The translations under genes were made by a program, and so were the position numbers. Source: Minutocellus sp. GHC0000111 (lineage: Eukaryota). From it: a DNA stretch of 64,000 nucleotides. Positions 23,070-33,372 of the stretch are shown here, one piece after another; the stretch's first letter is position 1, and each line of letters opens with the position of its first letter. The notes beneath the pieces are model-generated. The model searched no databases, had not been told where the DNA came from, and saw only the letters and a list, made by a program, of their open reading frames with translations. The stretch covers positions 806,001 to 870,000 of the forward strand of contig OZ361256.1 in the NCBI GenBank assembly GCA_977018835.1. Direction: 5' to 3'.

Positions 23070-24938
23070 ATGAGTACAAAATGCCACAGGTCAACTGTCA
23101 TGGGCAGAAAGCGCCCCCGATGTCACATATCGGCAATGACTGCCCTGGCCTTTACATGTGCCAGCGTGCCAACGCCATTCTCGACAGCACTGTACGTGGG
23201 CGAGCAAACTCTGGCATCATCGCCGGCTGCACTTTATCAGCAGCAGCAGCCAGAACCTGCATCATCAGAACCATCCATCGCCAACGTCGGTGGCACGATA
23301 CCAGCGCGCGTCTTCATGAAGTTTGAATCCGAGCAGACGGATCCCATGATTGGCGCACCACCGTCAACTCGAGGCCAGCACGATTCTTTTTACTGGTTGG
23401 ATCGGCTTGACAATAAGTCCTGCGCCATGGCATCGGACCAGTGGCATGGCCGCACTCTACTACAAGACAAAAATTCTGCAGAAAACAGACCCAACGCCCG
23501 CCCATTTTCCATCCTGAGTTGGAATATATTGTCCCAATCCCTCTACAAGAACGCACTGTACTCGTGGGAGGTACGATTCAAGCGCATAATAGATTTGATT
23601 GCAGAATCATCTCCAACCATTGTATGTTTGCAGGAAGTAGAATCCTACGAGTCATTTCTGGATGATTTTTTACCCGCCATGCAGGCATTGGGATACGATG
23701 GCACATCCCAGGGCCATACCGATGTACGAGAGATCAAGAGGCGGTCTGGCAAGTTGGACCGACGGCATTTAACGGCCACTTTCTGGAAGGCCGATCACTT
23801 TCAGCCTATCAATGTTACCGATTCCAATGGGGTGGGCTATCCCCACATGGCCAGAGGATGGTCGTTGACGAGCTGTCTCCAGGATATTTCCAATGTGTCC
23901 AATAGTTCAGAATCTTCTTCTGGACCATGCCTTTCAGTAATCAATTGTCATCTTGAAGGCCATCCGCGCCAATACGCAGCAAGAATGACCCAGCTGCAAC
24001 ATGCAATGGAAGATCTATCACAACGGAGGACTCGTGGACCAGATTTGAATGGGTTACTCATCGCTGGAGATTTCAACTGTGAATTGCAAAGCTCAGCTTG
24101 CAGCACATATCTACGCATCGGCCGGGTGGGCCGCAAGGGAGGTCTCGGGGGCGTCGTCCATGGAACATCGGCCTTGGCAGTGCCAGCTTCTCTGCTGGAG
24201 AGTGAAGAGGCGGCGGAGGTTTTGTCACCTTTATTGGAGTGGGGGCAACAAATACCGAATGACGATTTGGAACAAGTCAAACCCCATCCCTTCCGACGCA
24301 ATTCGATGATGTCGGCCTATCCAGTTCAACTGGGTCAGCGCGATCCCAGGCTACATTTTACCTACTGCGCCAATCCAGGCCGACCTGTCGCGGGTCTCGA
24401 TCAGATGTGGCACTCTTCGTTTACTCTCAATCGAATCGGTCTTCGAAAGATGTTTCCTTCTCAAAAGATTAGAAAACGAATACTGAAGACAGGGCTGCCC
24501 ACCTCTCGGCATCCTTCCGATCATCTTCCGATCGGTGCCGTTTTCGACTGGAATGTTTGCATAGATGACGCGTGTATGGTTGATGCAACAACCCAGTCCT
24601 GCCAAGAAGTTGGGGTCAAAGAATTATCCATTGTCTTAGATCGCCCTCCACCGACTCCCAAACCGAAATCACCCATGATGGCCTTCGCCGAGTTAGACAT
24701 GCTTCTTAGTACATGCCCATATGACACGGAAGAGCAGAGAGAAGAAACGGTGGCCATCATTGAGCACGTACCAGATCTTCCATTGGATCCAAAAGAGAAA
24801 CCGTCAAGTGAGCAACTAAAGAAATTGGCCGAGTTGAGAAACCGCAAGAAGCTTCTACTGCAGAATGCCAGTGATGAAACAAGACAAACTCTACAAAGGA
24901 TATTAAAGCTATCCAAAGAGACATCGGGATTGTACTGA
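23070..24938 (+). CDS. Endonuclease/exonuclease/phosphatase family protein (CCR4/nocturnin/PDE12-like)
   Basis: SWNIL, CLQEV, NCHL, AGDFN, GLDQMW, PSDHLP. Confidence 0.9.
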   Translation: MSTKCHRSTVMGRKRPRCHISAMTALAFTCASVPTPFSTALYVGEQTLASSPAALYQQQQPEPASSEPSIANVGGTIPARVFMKFESEQTDPMIGAPPSTRGQHDSFYWLDRLDNKSCAMASDQWHGRTLLQDKNSAENRPNARPFSILSWNILSQSLYKNALYSWEVRFKRIIDLIAESSPTIVCLQEVESYESFLDDFLPAMQALGYDGTSQGHTDVREIKRRSGKLDRRHLTATFWKADHFQPINVTDSNGVGYPHMARGWSLTSCLQDISNVSNSSESSSGPCLSVINCHLEGHPRQYAARMTQLQHAMEDLSQRRTRGPDLNGLLIAGDFNCELQSSACSTYLRIGRVGRKGGLGGVVHGTSALAVPASLLESEEAAEVLSPLLEWGQQIPNDDLEQVKPHPFRRNSMMSAYPVQLGQRDPRLHFTYCANPGRPVAGLDQMWHSSFTLNRIGLRKMFPSQKIRKRILKTGLPTSRHPSDHLPIGAVFDWNVCIDDACMVDATTQSCQEVGVKELSIVLDRPPPTPKPKSPMMAFAELDMLLSTCPYDTEEQREETVAIIEHVPDLPLDPKEKPSSEQLKKLAELRNRKKLLLQNASDETRQTLQRILKLSKETSGLY

Positions 24939-25003
24939 ATTAGAAATTATCACAGATCAAGCTAGAGCGTAAATAGTCCTCAGAAATATCATAACTTGAT
25001 TTA

Positions 25004-26725
25004 TTACTTGTTTTTCAAGTGGTAGAGTAAATCGGTGCGCACCACATACTTGAGGCCGCCGCCAGTCACTCTACTGCCTTCATGGAGTAAACTCGCAGTG
25101 TTGCCTTGCGGGAAAAGCAGAACTGATCCACGAGAAGGCTTGACTGTCACTGTCTCAAAGCCATCGGCTCCATTGGCAGCTGGCAAATAGAAAGTAGTAC
25201 CGCCTCCATCGAAGCCTTCGTTGAGATAAATCAAAAAGGTATAACGGCTTCGCCGATCGCCATTGAAGGCATCCGACGTATATTTTCCAGTCTTGGCATC
25301 ACGTCCTGATCCCGGCCAACTCCCGTCGATATGCGGTCTATAGGTTCGCTCTTCACCATAGCGAAACAGTCGCCATCTTGCATTTACTCCTGCCACTTTC
25401 TCTCCATGAACGGTTTGGTTGAGATGCGGCATGATGCGCTCATGAATTGGATCTAAGATGGAAGAATCGACGAGCCATTCGCATGTATCAATTACCGTTG
25501 GTTCCGGCGACGACGTGGGATGGTCGGGAATGTACTTCATCTTGGTTTCGGCAATGTGAAGCAACTGTTCACATTCAGACGCCGAAAGGACGTTGGTCAA
25601 TAGAAATGTCCCGTACTGATCGCCAGGAATCAGGTCAATGTCATGTCTTTTCGTAGGCTTTGTAGGTGCTGCGATTCGAATGGTGCCGGGTGCTGTGGAG
25701 TAAATTGTGAGATCGTAATGATTCGCCGGCTTGCGCTCGGCCGCCGGCACATAATGAAGTGTTTCCACCTTTACATCCTTCAAATGAGCTAGCGCATCGG
25801 TTCGATCTGCCTCCTCCGACACTTCGCTCGAGGGAGCCGTCCATATTGTCGACTTGATGATCTTCAATTCATCTCCGTCGGTTTTCCTGCTACCACCAGT
25901 GGCATCTGCCCCATCCTCCTCGTCGCTGCTCTCATTGTCATCGCCAATCTTCTCCATAGCTGCCGCCATGTCCTTTTGTTCGTATTCCGCCAACACCCTC
26001 CGAGGATCATGCTTATTGAGCCCATCGTACGTGCTGTCCCCGCTTCCCTTCTTGGAAGCACCCCCATCGCAACCTCCTCCATCCGTCCCTCCATCCTCCT
26101 GCGGCGTGCAGGCCAGAACGGCCCTCAAAATCTTGAGCTTGAGGTTGGGATGAGGACAGTCGTCGCACAGCCGCACCCATCTCTGGACGGTGCCGCGCTT
26201 GACCAGACCGGTCTCCCCGACCTCCAGGTCGAGACATCCTTTGAGTGCTGTGTAGGCATCGGTCCAGCGACGGGCTTGGAGGGCCGACGTGACACGGGAT
26301 TGGTATGAGGAGGAGGCGTGGGGCTCGTACCGAGTTTTAAGAGCGACGAGGAACGGATGGAGGGCCGTGCGGAGTTCCTTGTAGCGCTTTTGGGAGAGGG
26401 CGCTGAGCAGGTCCGGTCGCTGTTCGGGTTGGGCGCCGCTGGCATCTTCGGCGCCGGCAGCGGTAGCATCGGCCATGTCATCGGAAGTTTCAGACCCAAC
26501 TGGTTTTGTGCAGTAGTTCGACAGAGCTTGAAGGGTATCCACTGTAATCAGCAGCTCTTCGGGGCTGACCCCATGGATGAGTTCTTCGTCGTCTCCGACT
26601 GGAGTAGCAGCTGCCGGTTCCGAGTTGGTAGGTGCTGATGCGGACTGGCGTGCCTGCTTGTGCTGCTGCTGCTCCCTTTGCACCGCCGCCGCAGCTCTCT
26701 TGCGCTTCTTGCTATTCTTTCCCAT
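25004..26725 (-). CDS. 2OG-Fe(II) oxygenase, P4H-like, with long N-terminal extension
   Basis: NVLSASEC, NARWRLFRY, HIDG, TFLIYLNEGFDGGGTTF, LLHEG, KYVVRTDL. Confidence 0.9.
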   Translation of the reverse strand: MGKNSKKRKRAAAAVQREQQQHKQARQSASAPTNSEPAAATPVGDDEELIHGVSPEELLITVDTLQALSNYCTKPVGSETSDDMADATAAGAEDASGAQPEQRPDLLSALSQKRYKELRTALHPFLVALKTRYEPHASSSYQSRVTSALQARRWTDAYTALKGCLDLEVGETGLVKRGTVQRWVRLCDDCPHPNLKLKILRAVLACTPQEDGGTDGGGCDGGASKKGSGDSTYDGLNKHDPRRVLAEYEQKDMAAAMEKIGDDNESSDEEDGADATGGSRKTDGDELKIIKSTIWTAPSSEVSEEADRTDALAHLKDVKVETLHYVPAAERKPANHYDLTIYSTAPGTIRIAAPTKPTKRHDIDLIPGDQYGTFLLTNVLSASECEQLLHIAETKMKYIPDHPTSSPEPTVIDTCEWLVDSSILDPIHERIMPHLNQTVHGEKVAGVNARWRLFRYGEERTYRPHIDGSWPGSGRDAKTGKYTSDAFNGDRRSRYTFLIYLNEGFDGGGTTFYLPAANGADGFETVTVKPSRGSVLLFPQGNTASLLHEGSRVTGGGLKYVVRTDLLYHLKNK

Positions 26726-27003
26726 TGTTAATGTGTTCGTTTATCTTGCTCTTCGCTCGTCTCCGATGAGAACATGCATAAGATAACTATCTGCCATGAA
26801 ACCGCCGGATTGCTGCATGGATGTCTTGTAGGAATTCCTATGCAAGTTTCGATTTCAAAGGGTGAGGATTTTTCTGCTGGTCCATCCGTCGCCCGTCGCT
26901 CAAGGCGCCAAAGTCATCAGAACCAAACCAGCATGTGCCAACACTTATTATTGCTGCTACAGCCTCTGTGTGCCTCTGTGACTTCCAGAAGTTCTCAGCA
27001 ACA

Positions 27004-28217
27004 ATGATAGCCAAATCTTTAATTGCCGGCGTTGCTGGTCTTCTGATGCGAGGCACGTCATGTGCTTGCTTTGAGCAGCGCGGGTTCGCAGCAGGTCAGC
27101 AGCGTGTTGCGGCGCCTGGGGCAAATTCTGCAGAATTCTCATCACCCTCACCACCGCAGACCAGCTGCCGCCGATCCAACTCAACGCATATCATTTGGAG
27201 CGAGGAAGAAGAAGATGATGAAAGTGAAGGAAGTATTCAGCCATTTTCGGATGCTGTAAACGATTGTGTGCATTATCTTCGAAGGAACATAATGCCCTTT
27301 GACGTTCCGAACCTGCTGACCCTTGGGTTTCCGCCGGAAGATGGTGCAACCCAAGAGCAAGGAGCTGGTGAGTTGCTTTCAGCCAAAGATCATAATTCCG
27401 TCGAGAGTACCAGCCAGGTGCGTCGAGTGCAGCACGTGCATGAAGTTGCGTCAAAAACTTACAACTTACAACAAATGCTTCCAGATGGCCTATCGGATGG
27501 GATTGTCAACCGAACCGTCCACCTGGCGCTACAAACAAAGATGGATTATGCATGGGCCGATCACATTCCTCGGCAAATATTTTACGAATACATTCTAAGC
27601 TTTGCGTGTACCAACGAGGCCAGGACCAATTGGAGGCCGCTCTTTACAGATGTGGTGAAAAGAATAATATCTGGTGCTGATGCTGGTGTTGATCAAGTTG
27701 AGGATGTTGTGGAACTGATCTCCAAAGAATTGTTTACTGCACTGAGTCCCAACCCCGAAAAGCCCATTCACTTTGTCGCTGGACAAACACCCCTAATTTT
27801 TGACCCCATGTCCGTAATAGCCTATGGCTACGCCAGCTGTACCGGTATGTCCATAGTGCTGGTCTTTGCCCTACGAGCTGCTGGTATTCCCGCTCGGTTG
27901 GTCGGCACCCCGGCTTGGAATGGTGATGTCGAAAAGGGCAATCATAACTGGGTTGAGGTTTACACGCGAGGCGATGATTCAGGCGAAGGGCAATGGCGCA
28001 TCCTGGAGGGCGGTGGAGATTATCTCCAGAAAGATCCCTGCGAACGATGGTTCTGTAATCCGGGACGATTCGATGGAAATACTCGAGTGTTTGCAGCAAG
28101 GTTGGACCGGGTCTATCCAATGGGGTGTCCTTTCCATTGGCGTGGGATACTGCAAATCACGACGTTCCTGGAGAAGAACGAACAGATTGGTACACGGAAG
28201 TATGCAGTAAGTGCTAG
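27004..28217 (+). CDS. Transglutaminase-like superfamily protein, probably secreted
   Basis: NEARTNWRP, GYASCTGMS..LRAAGIPARLVG, GNHNWVEV. After a frame break at ~28108 the C-terminus reads FPLAWDTANHDVPGEERTDWYTEVCSKC*. Confidence 0.82.
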
Positions 28218-28292
28218 CTATGAAGTTTCTGTGCGCTTAAAACATGTATAGTCTATTTTAATCGCCAATCAATTGCGCCAATTCATATCTTT

Positions 28293-30300
28293 TCAATCCA
28301 TGTAAGGCAGCCACTTCCGAGCAACCTCCCTTAGACTTGCCAACTCAGATGTGTCGTATTTACTTAGGATGGATTTGACTGTTCCCGATATCAAATCTGG
28401 TGGGATGGGATCATACGCTCCCTGACCAACACCACGTTCATGGGAGTCAGCTGAGTCTATAGTCATATTCACTTGATGACGGACATATGGCGTCCGCTGG
28501 ATTGGTCGAAAGGATGAGAGATCTCCTTCCAGCGCTGCATTGATGGTGTTGAAGGCTGCTTCCTGATGAAACTCACCACCCCAATCGACCGCTATGTCTT
28601 CCTCCATTTCGCGGATCAAGCCATTGACTTCCACAGCAGGGTGAATGTGTCCGTTTCGTAGTGCTTTAGTGTCTGTATATCGATTCACATTATCAAACAC
28701 ATCCTCTGCACGTCTTGTATCTCCCCAAACGAAGTACACATATATCGTTTCTTCGGGTTTGCTCTCACGAATGTCTTCGTGAAATTGATATGTTGCGCTC
28801 TCGAAATATTTGTAGAAACCATCACCAATAGGAATGATGACATCACGAAGGATAACGCCATCTTGCATGAGGATAAGATCACTGACGATATCAAGTCGGT
28901 ACGCGACGTGCTTTGCAACCTGCCCCTTATCCAGAATCAGGTATGGATACTCTACGCCTTCGTCCACTTCGCGAATCCGATGCATAAGGTTTCGAATCAA
29001 GTATCTGTAACCCTGAAGGAAACCTCCACTCCCTCTTTGGTAGTCGAATTTTTGCATCAACCAACCAATGTAGTGAACATTCGGCAAATCGGCAGACTCG
29101 TACCACTCTCCCATACCAGGAAATCTTGACGTCAGATTCATTCCAGGAACAGTCGACTTGAACCCAGTCGCAATCACACTCAATTCACAAGCATCGCGTT
29201 GCATAATCGTAGCAGAGTGGACGGCAAAATCAGCCTTGTCCAAGTCTTCTTCGCTGAGGAATCTCTCGAGGCCAGTAATTTGAATGTACGCATCGGCCTG
29301 ATCGACCGTGTCTCGAAGCTTAAAGTGGAAATTCTCGAGGACTTGTAGGAACTAACAATGAAGAAGTGAAAAAGAGAAGGGGTGTAAGGGGGAAAGGTGT
29401 GTACAAATTTACGCAATGAAAATATTTTATCAGGTGTATTTTTAATCTCACCTTCACACGAAAGTCTCCTGTATACTTGGTCACAGCCGCCGTTCGGTGA
29501 GCTCGTTTGCCATACACGGTAACTTTATCGGCGACATCGAAGGTATTTTGTGCCGTTTCGAAACCAGCATTGCCATTACCAAAAATGCAAACTCTTTTTC
29601 TTCGGGCATCGGACTTGGTCACCTGGGAATAATAGATGGCCCCCATCGCCTCAAGGAGGGGCTGCTGCTTCTCTTCCAACCCCGTACCGACAAAGACGCG
29701 TCTCTGAGCACATCGTTTGGTGCCATCCTTGGACATAATGACGCAGGGGCGCCCAGTGTCTTCATCTGATACGATTTCCCGAACGTCTGCATTGTACTCA
29801 ACGTTAAGATCCGCCATTTGAACCACAGCTGCCATATATTCCTGCCACTCATCTCCCGACGGAAAGTAGGCCTCCGTCACATCCATCATGGTGATGGGCG
29901 CCTCCAGGAACGAGTGCATGTCGAATCGAAGCCGGTGATCTTCCCGTCGGGTCCATTTGTTGATGGAAATCAGCTCCCTGAATCGCGGATAACGCAACCA
30001 GAACGATCCAGCCACATCGTTTCGTTCCAGGACGGTGTAGGTATGGCCGAACTTTTGCAGATACAATGCCATCTGGATGCCACTGCCGCCGGCACCGATT
30101 ATGAGGTATTGTGGATCCTCTTCAGAAATCTCGTTCGAATGGTCAGGAATCTTTGACGACGACGATGGCGATGTGCATGTATCATCGACGATGGATCCCT
30201 CCACAAAGGGCAAGCATGTCATCAATACTAGAGTGGCGAGAAGCATGAATGAGACCAAGACAGTTCTGGAACAAGCCTTCGTCGATGGGAAGCGCTTCAT
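28293..30300 (-). CDS. FOXRED2: FAD-dependent oxidoreductase, FOXRED2/ERFAD-like (intron 29451-29352)
   Basis: Signal peptide; IIGAGGSG; GSFWLRYPRFRELISINK; IFGNGNAGFETA; ATGFK; SGGFLQGYRYL. Confidence 0.8.
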
Positions 30301-30662
30301 TTTTGTAGAGCAATTTGCAAATGTACCTCTGTGGTTGACTGAATCAGAGAATATGAGAGTGCCTACTAAGTACGCGTAGCAAGTTAGAGATGAGACGGCA
30401 TAAATATGAGATGATCGACTTCCCCTTCGGCATTTCTTGGTTTGACATATGGTTTGTGGAAAAGAAGTTCCTCTTTTTAAATAGAGTAATTTATGTGTGA
30501 AGATAATTATATAATGGGGATATTATTGCAATTTCAGTATCTATTGCAGCTGATGGCACCCTGCTTTCACGGATACGACCACGCTTATCCATGGCCAAGA
30601 TCGAAAAGCGAACCATCTCTCTCGGATATGCTGCAGTTGATGTGTTCAATTGTCCTGGCAAC

Positions 30663-31848
30663 ATGAAGTTCTGTATTCTTAATATTGTCCTCTTGATTTC
30701 CGGTAAGGGTTTCGAGGTTGGGCGGGGGATTCTGTTCGCAGAACGCATCCTAGCATGGCGTACTTGTACTGGCGGTTTCGAATTCAAATTCGGGTCTGCA
30801 GGTCACATGAAAGATATGCGTTGTGTTCCAAATTATCACATAATGATATCAAGCTTACTTGTCCGCTTCTCTTTTTTTATTGCACGTCGCATACAACGAA
30901 GGAGTCCAAGGTCGCCTCACCGGCGGTGATTCTACTCTGGACATTTGCCACTGCGACGAAGATTCCGGACTTTGTGGCGTCGTCAAGAAGCCGGTTGACG
31001 ACGTCCCATCGTTTCTCCAGGACCATGCCGCGAGTGTCGGTACATTCCTCCTCGACGAGCATGTCGACGATGAGATGGCTGGATGCTGCTCGGGTGGCTG
31101 TGAGGCCAATTGCGGTGGTCAGCGTCGTCTTCCAGGTCCAGGCGACGCGCCTGATTTGACTCTGACTCACGGCATCTGCCTCTACGGTCCTGGTGGTAGC
31201 TGTGGTGGAAATCCCCAGTGCGAGCTTGGAAGTCTCTCCCCCTGCTATGCCCGTGCCGATCCTAGTCATCAGCAACAGCCACACCCTCACGGTGGCCCTC
31301 CTGGTTTGTATCCTGACGACAAATGCCCGAGATTCTCAAACCTTCCGGCCTGCTGTCGTCTTGGTCGAGGTGGCGGTCCAGGAGGCGGACCACTTTATCC
31401 ACCTGGCAAACCTGGTGGTCCTGGTGGACGGCCTGGCGGTCCAGGAGGCCCGCCCGGTGGACCCGGTGGTCCGGGTGCCGGACCCGGTGGTCCTGGCAGC
31501 TACTCCATTATCGATACTATCAATGACGAGATCATCGTCTCCTCTAAAATTGTTGGTAGCGACAACCTGTACGAGCAGGTTCATATTCCCCAAAGTGGCT
31601 ACAACGACCTGAATGGCCAGCAATGCGGTAAGATGTGGCAGAGTATCCAAGACTACAGTGCGCCAACCTACGACCGCATCACCATCCAAGGTATTGAGAA
31701 AGAATATCAGGACAACAACAACCGTCGCAAAAATCGCAATCTCTGCATCGAGATGGAGTGCTGCCTCGATCCCGAGGGCGGTGCACCGATGTGCGTTCCT
31801 CAGGGCACTTGCAAGGTCATCCATTCCGACTTCAGCAACAAGAAGTAG
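30663..31848 (+). CDS. Secreted Cys-rich protein with a GPGG-repeat block (intron 30703-30853)
   Basis: Spliced N-terminus MKFCILNIVLLISAYLSASLFLLHVAYNEGVQG-RL is hydrophobic; two Cys-rich regions flank GGPGGRPGGPGGPPGGPGGPGAGPGGPGS. Confidence 0.72.
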
Positions 31849-32184
31849 TAGCGAAGGCCTCGAATTCGCTTTTCACGAACTCGCACATAGTGCATTTTAA
31901 CATTTCGGTAAAACTCTTTTCTGGATAATGGAAAGAGGAGGGTCGCTGCTTTGATCTCCGCATGCTTTTTTGTAGCAAAGGTCATCTAACTCTTGCGGTA
32001 CTCTTGCTGATTTGTAATACATAATAACTAATAATAATAACGATAATGCCTCTCTTCCCACCGGGATGTTGGTACTCAGTGGTTATAAAAGAGATCAAGC
32101 CTGCTGGGCAGCATTTTACATTGTTCGTCTACTATTGCCACGCTCGCGTGTATCTGAACTGTCAGAGGCATTTTATGAGGCATT

Positions 32185-33372
32185 TTAGATAAACGCCCCA
32201 ACGATACCAGCAACAGTCATCACGAACATTGGCACGGATGCCACAATAGCAGCCGAGGTAGTATCATCTCCAACCAAAAAGTCGACATTTACTTCACCGT
32301 CCTCAGGGGCTGGTTCCTCTGCACTCATTGGCAACGCCTGGCCTGGGAAAACGTCGGTCGTTTCCAACACGTAGGTATCGGAGGTTGTGGCACAAGACGT
32401 CTTATATTCCAAAGTGGTTTCGATGGATGTGGGGACGCAAAAGTTGACGTACTCTCCTTCCCATGTATTTAGCGTATAAAACTGCATCTCGTACGGAGTC
32501 AGATTTGTACCCCACTTGTTCTCGGAATAGGCCCGAGGATTACCAAAGGGAGACGTATCTCGATAACGATAGATGGATTCCAGCATAATATCAAGAGGAG
32601 GGGCCTGCTGATCAATCTGCAGGGTAAATTTAACCTGCTTTGAACAGTCTTCGGGGGTGTTTGGCACGTAGTCGTTGCAGTCGATTGACTCATCGTCCAT
32701 TAAAATGCATCCAACATCGACCGTAACGCTGCACTCCTCCCTGGTGCCGACTGTGTCTTCTTGCTTGGATTCGTCTTCGCTAGGCATCTCGATTGACGGA
32801 GGGTTGCAGCTATCGCATCCGATGGCTCCATCGGCATCGTCGCAAGTGCATGAGGCACAGCTAACGCTGCCTTCGTCTATAATAAATGTATCGCCGACGC
32901 AATAAAATGTTCCAGGCATATCGGGGGCCTCGCATGCATTGCATTTCTGATCAGGAGGCACCTCGATTGACGGAGGGTTGCAGCTAACGCATCCGATGGC
33001 TCCATCGGCATCATCGCAAGTGCATGAGGCACAGCTATCGCTTCCCTCGTCGACGAAGAAACTGTCACCGACACAGTAGAAAGTCCCTGGCATATCAGGT
33101 GCCTCGCATGCGCTACATCCATCTCCTGTGGTGGGTGGCTCATCTCCGGGGCAGACAATGGTGCCGCAACCGGGCGGATCGGGGATGCATTCGCACGTGT
33201 CGGCCGTGGGACAGTTGCACGAGGCCTTGCAGTCGTCCATTGAAGGTACGCATAACTTGCACGCATCACCGTTGGGGAGAGTCAGTGCACCCTCCGATAC
33301 CGTGCCGGCAGGGCAGGTCGCCATAGCTTCTTGTGCCGATACAATCGATGAGAAAGCACAAACCCAGAACAT
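32185..33372 (-). CDS. Cys-rich cell-surface protein with two 58-aa VWC-like repeats and a C-terminal GPI/TM signal
   Basis: C-x-ACEAPDMPGTFYCVGD..CASCTCDDADGAIGC occurs twice; C-terminus TTSAAIVASVPMFVMTVAGIVGAFI*. Start is uncertain (MFWVCAFSSIVSA-QE). Confidence 0.75.
   Translation of the reverse strand: MFWVCAFSSIVSAQEAMATCPAGTVSEGALTLPNGDACKLCVPSMDDCKASCNCPTADTCECIPDPPGCGTIVCPGDEPPTTGDGCSACEAPDMPGTFYCVGDSFFVDEGSDSCASCTCDDADGAIGCVSCNPPSIEVPPDQKCNACEAPDMPGTFYCVGDTFIIDEGSVSCASCTCDDADGAIGCDSCNPPSIEMPSEDESKQEDTVGTREECSVTVDVGCILMDDESIDCNDYVPNTPEDCSKQVKFTLQIDQQAPPLDIMLESIYRYRDTSPFGNPRAYSENKWGTNLTPYEMQFYTLNTWEGEYVNFCVPTSIETTLEYKTSCATTSDTYVLETTDVFPGQALPMSAEEPAPEDGEVNVDFLVGDDTTSAAIVASVPMFVMTVAGIVGAFI
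32782..33113. repeat. Intragenic near-identical tandem repeat, period 174 bp
   Basis: ctcgattgacggagggttgcagcta... occurs at 32788 and 32962. Confidence 0.88.
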
